A stretch of DNA of 31,543 bases from contig JBPCPD010000210.1 in NCBI GenBank assembly GCA_050999535.1, forward strand, positions 1-31,543, in the 5' to 3' direction. Of this stretch, positions 26,082 to 31,543 are shown one piece after another (position 1 is the stretch's first letter; each line of letters begins with the position of its first letter). The DNA is from Thermoleophilaceae bacterium (lineage in GTDB: Bacteria > Actinomycetota > Thermoleophilia > Solirubrobacterales > Thermoleophilaceae). The translations under genes were made by a program, and so were the position numbers. Below the pieces are notes generated by a model. The model saw nothing but the letters and a program-made list of their open reading frames with translations. It did no database searches and had not been told where the DNA came from.

Positions 26082-26995
26082 CCGACCGCCTCCGCGCCGG
26101 CATCCTGGCTCTCGGTCAGCTCCAGGTAGACGTCCTCGAGCGTCGGGCGCTCGACCTCCAGGTCGCCGAGGTCGTGACCGTGCTCGAGCGCCCAGGCGGT
26201 CAGGGCGTGCAGCGGCTCGAGCGGGCGCTCGAACGCCGCCAGCGCGACGCCGTCGCGCTCGCTCACCGGAATCGGCAGGCCGGCGGCGGCGACGCCCGGC
26301 GGCAGCCGGAAGCGGATCACCGAGCGCGCGTCGCGCCCGCCCAGCTCTCCGGGAGCGCCCTCGGCGACGATCCGCCCCGCGCGGATGATCGCCACCCGGT
26401 CAGCGAGCTCCTGTGCCTCGTCCATGTAGTGCGTCGTCAGGAGTACGGTCTTGCCGAGCTCGCGCAGCGCCGCGATCAGCCCCCACGCCTGCCGCCGCGC
26501 CGAGGGATCGAAGCCGGTCGTCGGCTCGTCGAGGAAGAGGAGCTCGGGGTCGCCCACGAGCGCCAGCGCGACGTCGAGGCGACGCTGCTGGCCGCCGGAG
26601 AGCTTGCCGACCCGCTGGCCGGCGGTCTCGGCCAGGCCGACGCGCTCGATCGTCTCGTCGACCGGCCGCGGCGCGGGGTAGAAGTCCGCCCACTCGGAGA
26701 CGGTCTCGCGCACTGTCAGGAACGCGTTCGGCCGCGAGGACTGCAGCACGATCCCAATTCGCGCGCGCCACGCGCGCGTCGCGTGGGCGGGGTCGATGCC
26801 GAGCACCGACACCTCGCCGGCGCTGCGTGAGCGGTAGCCCTCGAGGATCTCGACGGTCTTCGTCTTGCCTGCGCCGTTGGGGCCGAGGAAGGCGAGCAGC
26901 TCGCCGGTGCGGACCTCGAGATCGACGCCCGCGACGGCCTCCCGGTCGCCGTAGGACTTGCGCAGGCCGGTGGTGATCACGGCGGGGTCGGACAT
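26078..26995 (-). CDS. ABC-2 type exporter ATP-binding subunit
   Basis: GPNGAGKTK, LSGGQ and LFLDEPTTGFD. Start ATG 26995, not 27766. Confidence 0.93.
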   Translation of the reverse strand: MSDPAVITTGLRKSYGDREAVAGVDLEVRTGELLAFLGPNGAGKTKTVEILEGYRSRSAGEVSVLGIDPAHATRAWRARIGIVLQSSRPNAFLTVRETVSEWADFYPAPRPVDETIERVGLAETAGQRVGKLSGGQQRRLDVALALVGDPELLFLDEPTTGFDPSARRQAWGLIAALRELGKTVLLTTHYMDEAQELADRVAIIRAGRIVAEGAPGELGGRDARSVIRFRLPPGVAAAGLPIPVSERDGVALAAFERPLEPLHALTAWALEHGHDLGDLEVERPTLEDVYLELTESQDAGAEAVG

Positions 26996-27034
26996 CGCGG
27001 GCCCACCGTAGCGCGCCCGCATAGGCTTGCGGAC

Positions 27035-27736
27035 ATGGCGCAGGCAATGATCCGTGTCGGGCACAAGGGCGCCGACCTCGTCGCCCCGGGCAACACCGCG
27101 GCGAGCTTCCAGGCCGCGCTCGAGCTCGGCGTCGACATGATCGAGTTCGACGTGCTCCAGCTCCACGACGGCCGGCTCGTGCTCGCCCACGACTACGGCG
27201 ATGCGGCGGCGCGCGAGCCGCTGAGCCTCGAGGAGGGCCTCGACCTGCTCGCCGACGAAGCCTACGGGGGCGTCGAGCTCGACGTCGACCTCAAACTGCC
27301 CGGCTACGAGGCCGAGGTGGTCGCCGAGCTCGCCGACCGCGGCCTGGACGGCCGCGCCCTGATCTCCTCGACGTTTCCCCAGAGCCTCGCCCGCGTCGGC
27401 GCGCTCGCGCCGGGCATGCGCCGCGGCTGGTCGGTCCCGCGCGCCCGGCGCGACTACACCAAGAGCCTCGTCTGGATGCTGCCCGCCTTCGCCGCGCTGC
27501 GCTGGATGCGAGCGGGCCTGCCGGCCAAGGCCGAGCGCGCGCTGCGCCGCGGCCAGTGCGAGGCGTTCATGGTCCACCAGCTGCTGGTCAGCCGGCTGCT
27601 GGTGGCGCGCGTCCACGCCGCGGGGGGCGAGCTGTACGTCTGGACCGTCGACGACGCGGCGGCGATCGCCCGCCTCGGCCGCCTCGGGGTCGACGCGGTG
27701 ATCACCAACGATCCGCGCCTGTTCGACCAGGGCTGA
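27035..27736 (+). CDS. glycerophosphodiester phosphodiesterase (GDPD)
   Basis: GHKGA, GVDMIEFDV, LDVDLK, VWTVDD and GVDAVITNDP. Alternative ATG at 27047. Confidence 0.9.
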   Translation: MAQAMIRVGHKGADLVAPGNTAASFQAALELGVDMIEFDVLQLHDGRLVLAHDYGDAAAREPLSLEEGLDLLADEAYGGVELDVDLKLPGYEAEVVAELADRGLDGRALISSTFPQSLARVGALAPGMRRGWSVPRARRDYTKSLVWMLPAFAALRWMRAGLPAKAERALRRGQCEAFMVHQLLVSRLLVARVHAAGGELYVWTVDDAAAIARLGRLGVDAVITNDPRLFDQG

Positions 27737-27748
27737 GAGGGACTCCGT

Positions 27749-27775
27749 GTGACGGATCGTGCGCACGCTCGTAGT
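27749..27775 (+). promoter_or_regulatory. putative ECF-sigma-type (autoregulatory) promoter
   Basis: GTGACGGA (27749-27756) ... CGTAGT (27770-27775), 6 nt before GTG 27782. Resemblance to ECF -35/-10 style is inferred. Confidence 0.35.
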
Positions 27776-27781
27776 GGGGGC

Positions 27782-27915
27782 GTGACCGAGCTGACGGCAG
27801 AGCGCGTGAGCCCGACGGTGCGAGACACCCCCGCCGAGACCTTCGCGGAGCTCTACGAGCGCAGCTTCCCGCGGGTCTACGCCTACGTGGCGTCGCTGCT
27901 GCGCGACCGCTCCGC
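27782..27915 (+). pseudogene. 5' fragment of an ECF RNA polymerase sigma factor
   Basis: AETFAELYERSFPRVYAYVASLLRDRSA matches the start of sigma region 2; similarity ends abruptly near 27915. Confidence 0.75.
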
Positions 27916-28242
27916 CTCGATGCCCGCGAGCGGGACCTGGTCGCGCTGACCGCGGAGATCGACGGGCTCCGCAGCCAGCTGCGCGACCTGCGCCTGCGCA
28001 CCGACTACGCCACGGTCGAGCTCGCGCTCGAGAGCGACGGCTCGCCCGGCGAGAGCTCGTCGGCCTCGCCCCGTGACGGCCTCGGCGGCGCGCTTGACGA
28101 CGCGCTCGGGTCGCTCTCCGCCTCGCTCGAGCTGCTGGTGCGCGGCCTCGGGGTCGGCATTCCGATCCTGCTGGCCGCCGGCGCGCTGGCGCTCGGCGCG
28201 CGCGCCAGCCAGCGCCGCCGCCGCGAGCGCGCGCTGGCCTGA
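27913..28242 (+). pseudogene. 3' fragment of a DUF4349-like gene
   Basis: RLDARERDLVALTAEIDGLRSQLRDLRLRTDYATVELAL...DGLGGALDDALG...LLVRGLGVGIPILLAAGALAL...RRRRERALA*: coiled coil, TM segment and basic tail with no start codon. Not in the ORF track. Confidence 0.65.
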
Positions 28243-28331
28243 CGGGCGGCCGCGCCGAGCGCTGCGTGGGCTCGGGAAGAGCAGGGCCTTCGCCTCGCCT
28301 CCTTCGCCCGTGCCTGTGTGATCATGCGCCG

Positions 28332-29024
28332 ATGCGCGAGGACGACGACACGGCCGCCCTGCTGGCGCGCACGGAGGTCTTCGCCGATCTCGAGCAGCGC
28401 GAGCTCGACCAGCTCGCGACCGTGGCGGTTCCGCGCCACTGGGAACGCGGCGAGCTGGTCTTCCGCGAGGGCGACAGCGGGGACTCCTGCTACGTGCTGC
28501 GCTCCGGCGCCCTCGTGCTGACCCGCGAGCACGGCGACGGGCGTGCGATCGCACTCGCCGAGCTGCGCGCCGGCTCGATGTTCGGCGAGCTGGCGCTGTT
28601 CGGCGGCGAGCGACGCTCGGCCACCGCCGAGGCACTCGAGGAGACCGAAGCGGTCGCGCTGCTGCGCCCCGACGTGCAGCGGCTCGTGCGCTCCCACCCC
28701 GACATCGCGCTGAAGCTGCTCTCGGCGATGGCGGAGCGCGTCCGGCACACCAACGAGCGTCTGCTCCAGCAGTCCTTCCAGACCGTCGCCGGGCGCGTCG
28801 CGATGACCCTGCTCGCGCAGGCGCGCGCGCGCTCGGCCGAGGGCGCCGGGGAACGCGATGTGGTCGTACGCGCGACCCAGGCGGAGATCGCCAACCTGGC
28901 GGGGACCTCGCGTGAGAGCGCGAGCCGCTTCCTCGCCAGCCTCGAACGCGACGGCTTGGTGGCGCTGGGACGCGGGCGGGTGACCGTGCATGAGCCGGAG
29001 CGACTCAGCAACTATGTGCACTGA
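28332..29024 (+). CDS. Crp/Fnr family transcriptional regulator
   Basis: cNMP-binding domain (VFREGD, FGELAL, RSATA) and HTH (TQAEIANLAGTSRESASRFL). ATG 28332. Confidence 0.93.
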   Translation: MREDDDTAALLARTEVFADLEQRELDQLATVAVPRHWERGELVFREGDSGDSCYVLRSGALVLTREHGDGRAIALAELRAGSMFGELALFGGERRSATAEALEETEAVALLRPDVQRLVRSHPDIALKLLSAMAERVRHTNERLLQQSFQTVAGRVAMTLLAQARARSAEGAGERDVVVRATQAEIANLAGTSRESASRFLASLERDGLVALGRGRVTVHEPERLSNYVH

Positions 29025-29634
29025 GCGCCGACCCATGGTCGAACGCCAGCTGCGCCGGCGCGGCATCGAGGACGAGCGCGTCCTGCGCGCGATGGAGGAG
29101 GTTCCGCGGGAGCGGTTCGTCCCCGCCGACGTACGCTCGCGCGCCTACCACGACGGCGCCTTGCCGATCGGCGAGGGCCAGACGATCTCGCAGCCCTGGA
29201 TCGTCGCCCGCATGCTCGCACTGCTGGAGCTCGAGGGGGCTGAGCGGGTGCTCGAGGTCGGGACCGGCTCGGGCTACAGCGCCGCGGTGCTGTCGCGCTG
29301 CGCCTCGCACGTCGTCACCGTCGAGCGCCATGCCGCGCTCGCCGACCGAGCCCGGGCGACGCTCGCCGAGCTGGGGTACCGCAACGTCGAGGTCCGCGCC
29401 GCCGACGGCTCGATCGGCCAGCCCGACCGAGCGCCCTTCGACGCGATCGTCGTGACCGCGGCGGCGGCCTCGGCCCCGCCCCCGGCGCTACTGGCCGAGC
29501 TCGTGCCTGGAGGCACCCTCGTCTGCCCGGTCAAGGGCGAGGGCGACGACGAGCAGCTCGTGCGGGTGCGCGACGGCGAGACCGAGACGATCGCGGCCGT
29601 GCGCTTCGTCCCGCTCGTCGAGGACGGGTCCTGA
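29014..29634 (+). CDS. pcm: protein-L-isoaspartate(D-aspartate) O-methyltransferase
   Basis: VPRERFVP, AYHDGALPIGEGQTISQP, VLEVGTGSGY, APFDAIVVTAA and VRFVPLV. Start at 29014 or 29035. Confidence 0.93.
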   Translation: MCTERRPMVERQLRRRGIEDERVLRAMEEVPRERFVPADVRSRAYHDGALPIGEGQTISQPWIVARMLALLELEGAERVLEVGTGSGYSAAVLSRCASHVVTVERHAALADRARATLAELGYRNVEVRAADGSIGQPDRAPFDAIVVTAAAASAPPPALLAELVPGGTLVCPVKGEGDDEQLVRVRDGETETIAAVRFVPLVEDGS

Positions 29635-29664
29635 AGGCCGAGCACCCTGCCGGCGAAGGCGCTG

Positions 29665-29820
29665 GCCCTCACGGGCTGGCCGGCCGGACGCAGGCCGATA
29701 TCAGATGGAGGGCTGGAAGCCCTCACGGGATGGCCGCCGGACAGGGCTGGAAGCCCTCACGGGATGGCCGCCGGATGGAGGCCGAGATTCTCAGAGGTGA
29801 GGGCTGGAAGCCCTCACGGG
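29665..29820. repeat. cluster of REP-like hairpin repeats AGGGC-TGGAA-GCCCTCACGGG
   Basis: Exact 21-nt copies at 29709, 29743 and 29800. Copies 1 and 2 extend to a 33-nt tandem unit (period 34). Degenerate copy at 29665-29688. Confidence 0.85.
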
Positions 29821-29836
29821 GTAACCTCTCGCCCCC

Positions 29837-30235
29837 GTGTTCGTCCTCAACTTCTACTCACCGATCTTCTCCGACCAGCTCAAGCGTGGTCGCAAGACGG
29901 CCACGATCCGGCTCGGCGACAAGAGCTCGAAGTACCGTAAGGGCGAGGTCGTGCTCGTCACGGTCGGCTTCCAGCACTCGCCGCGGGAGCGAATCTTCGA
30001 GGCGGTGATCGACAGCGTCGAGGTCAAGCGTGCAGGCGATCTCTCACCGCGCGACATCGAGCACGACAACCCGGAGTTTCGCCGGCTGGACGAGACGACC
30101 CACTTCCTCGAGCAGATCTATGGGCGCGCGGTCACCGAGGAGGACGCCGTCACGGTCGTGCGCTTCTCGCAGATCTCCGACCGACCACACGAGATCTCCG
30201 AGCGCATGCGCCCGCACGCACCGACCCAGAACTAG
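29837..30235 (+). CDS. ASCH (PUA-like) domain protein
   Basis: LKRGRKTATIRLG ASCH signature (GxKxxTxR) followed by KGEVVLV and a D...D-type helix. Confidence 0.85.
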   Translation: MFVLNFYSPIFSDQLKRGRKTATIRLGDKSSKYRKGEVVLVTVGFQHSPRERIFEAVIDSVEVKRAGDLSPRDIEHDNPEFRRLDETTHFLEQIYGRAVTEEDAVTVVRFSQISDRPHEISERMRPHAPTQN

Positions 30236-30382
30236 AGATCCTCGCTGCGGTGCTCGGCCGAGGAGAGCCGGGGGTCCGGTGCTCGCGCGATCGACGATCG
30301 CGCTGCGCTCCTCCCCGGCGATCGGCCTGCTCTCCTCCCGCTGTGGCCGGTGCTCGCGCGGATTCACCCGTCGGCCACATCC

Positions 30383-30409
30383 TTGGCACTCCCATTGCTA
30401 GAGTGCCAA
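30383..30409. promoter_or_regulatory. CIRCE (HrcA operator)
   Basis: TTGGCACTC-ccattgcta-GAGTGCCAA, a perfect 9-bp inverted repeat with N9 spacer matching TTAGCACTC-N9-GAGTGCTAA, upstream of groES. Confidence 0.92.
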
Positions 30410-30446
30410 CCCGATCCAAGGAACACAGTCCAGACGGAGGTTTCGC

Positions 30447-30737
30447 ATGAAGCTCAAGCCCCTCGGCGATCGTTTGATCGTCAAGGCGATCGATGAGGAG
30501 GAGATGACCGCCAGCGGCATCGTGCTCCCTGACACTGCCAAGGAGAAGCCGCAGCGCGGCAAGGTGCTCGCCGTCGGCGAGGGCCGCTTCGACGACGACG
30601 GCGAGAAGCGCATTCCGCTCGACGTCATCGAAGGCGACGAGGTCATCTACTCCAAGTACGGCGGCACCGAGATCGAGGTGGAGGGCGACGACCTGCTCGT
30701 GCTCCGCGAATCGGACGTCCTGGCCAAGGTCGCCTAA
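30447..30737 (+). CDS. groES: co-chaperonin GroES
   Basis: [12 protein letters not shown]...[24 protein letters not shown]...YSKYGGTE...LRESDVLA. Confidence 0.98.
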   Translation: MKLKPLGDRLIVKAIDEEEMTASGIVLPDTAKEKPQRGKVLAVGEGRFDDDGEKRIPLDVIEGDEVIYSKYGGTEIEVEGDDLLVLRESDVLAKVA

Positions 30738-30809
30738 GCGGCAGGCAGCCGGCTCGGCCGGTTGCGTGCCGATGCCTCAACCTTTCAAGAAGAGACGGAG
30801 GAACTGAGA

Positions 30810-31543
30810 ATGGCTCACAAGGAGCTGAAGTACGGACAGGAGGCGCGCGCCGCGCTTCAAGACGGCGTCGACGCCGTCGCGAACGCGGTCAAGGTGACGC
30901 TCGGCCCCAAGGGCCGTTACGTCGTCCTCGACAAGAAGTTCGGCGCCCCGACCATCACCAACGACGGCGTCACCATCGCTCGCGAGATCGAGGTCGAGGA
31001 CGTCTTCCAGAACCAGGGCGCCCAGCTCGTGCGTGAAGTCGCCACCGCGACCAACGACGTCGCCGGTGACGGCACCACGACCGCGACGGTGCTCGCCCAG
31101 CAGATCGTGCGCTCGGGCCTGCAGAACGTCGCGGCCGGCGCCAACCCGCTCGGCCTCAAGCGCGGCATCGAGAAGGCCGTCGACCAGGTCGTCGAGGCGA
31201 TCGGCGAGGCGTCCAACGCGATCGCGGGCAAGGACCAGATCGCCCGCGTGGCCGCAATCTCCGCCGCCGACGACGAGATCGGCGACGTCATCGCCGACGC
31301 GATCGACAAGGTCGGCAAGGACGGCGTGGTCAACGTCGAGGAGGGCCAGACGTTCGGCATGGACCTCGAGTTCACCGAGGGCATGCAGTTCGACAAGGGC
31401 TACATCTCGCCCTACGCGGTGACCGATCAGGATCGCATGGAGGCGACGCTCGAGGACCCGTTCGTCCTGATCGTCAACTCCAAGATCGGCTCCGTACGCG
31501 ACGTGCTGCCGGTGCTCGAGCAGGTGATCCAGGCGGGCAAGCC
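30810..31543 (+). CDS. groEL: chaperonin GroEL, 3'-partial
   Basis: [16 protein letters not shown]...KVTLGPKGR...[10 protein letters not shown]...[12 protein letters not shown]...[13 protein letters not shown]; GGAGG RBS. Runs off the window end. Confidence 0.98.
   Translation, partial: MAHKELKYGQEARAALQDGVDAVANAVKVTLGPKGRYVVLDKKFGAPTITNDGVTIAREIEVEDVFQNQGAQLVREVATATNDVAGDGTTTATVLAQQIVRSGLQNVAAGANPLGLKRGIEKAVDQVVEAIGEASNAIAGKDQIARVAAISAADDEIGDVIADAIDKVGKDGVVNVEEGQTFGMDLEFTEGMQFDKGYISPYAVTDQDRMEATLEDPFVLIVNSKIGSVRDVLPVLEQVIQAGK

Noticed and set aside
29709-29820. Direct repeats as a mini-CRISPR array
   Set aside because: Repeats are 21 nt with a 13-nt first gap that is itself repeated, so there are no unique spacers, and no cas genes are nearby.

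Overview
Very GC-rich actinobacterial chromosomal segment; GroEL and other sequences resemble Thermoleophilia/Solirubrobacterales (inference). Left to right: 3' part of a tandem HTH-WYL-WCX (PafBC-like) regulator; dTDP-rhamnose genes rmlA ... rmlD-rmlB (no rmlC), split by an opposite-strand GH43 gene, a broken XRE gene and a long palindrome; a hipBA islet with three operators; an ABC-2 exporter; UdgB; an SGNH lipoprotein; a c-di-AMP (ydaO) riboswitch ahead of a peptidoglycan-binding NlpC/P60-like hydrolase; small hypotheticals and a GIY-YIG nuclease; an L,D-transpeptidase; a secreted S1 protease; long-form lhr with an in-frame amber stop; Uma2 nuclease; a membrane protein; nei; a DUF1778/GNAT toxin-antitoxin pair abutting a truncated VOC gene; a second ABC-2 exporter; GDPD; an ECF-sigma/DUF4349 deletion scar; Crp/Fnr; pcm; a REP-like hairpin cluster; an ASCH protein; and CIRCE-groES-groEL (partial). 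I saw no rRNA, tRNA, CRISPR, transposase or integrase, and found no clearly new multi-gene system. The most unusual signals are a two-copy palindromic element family, a hairpin repeat cluster at the ASCH promoter, both antitoxin genes broken while both toxins are intact, and two in-frame stops inside otherwise continuous reading frames. Many single-base lesions could be assembly or consensus errors, so all lesion-based claims need read-level checks.
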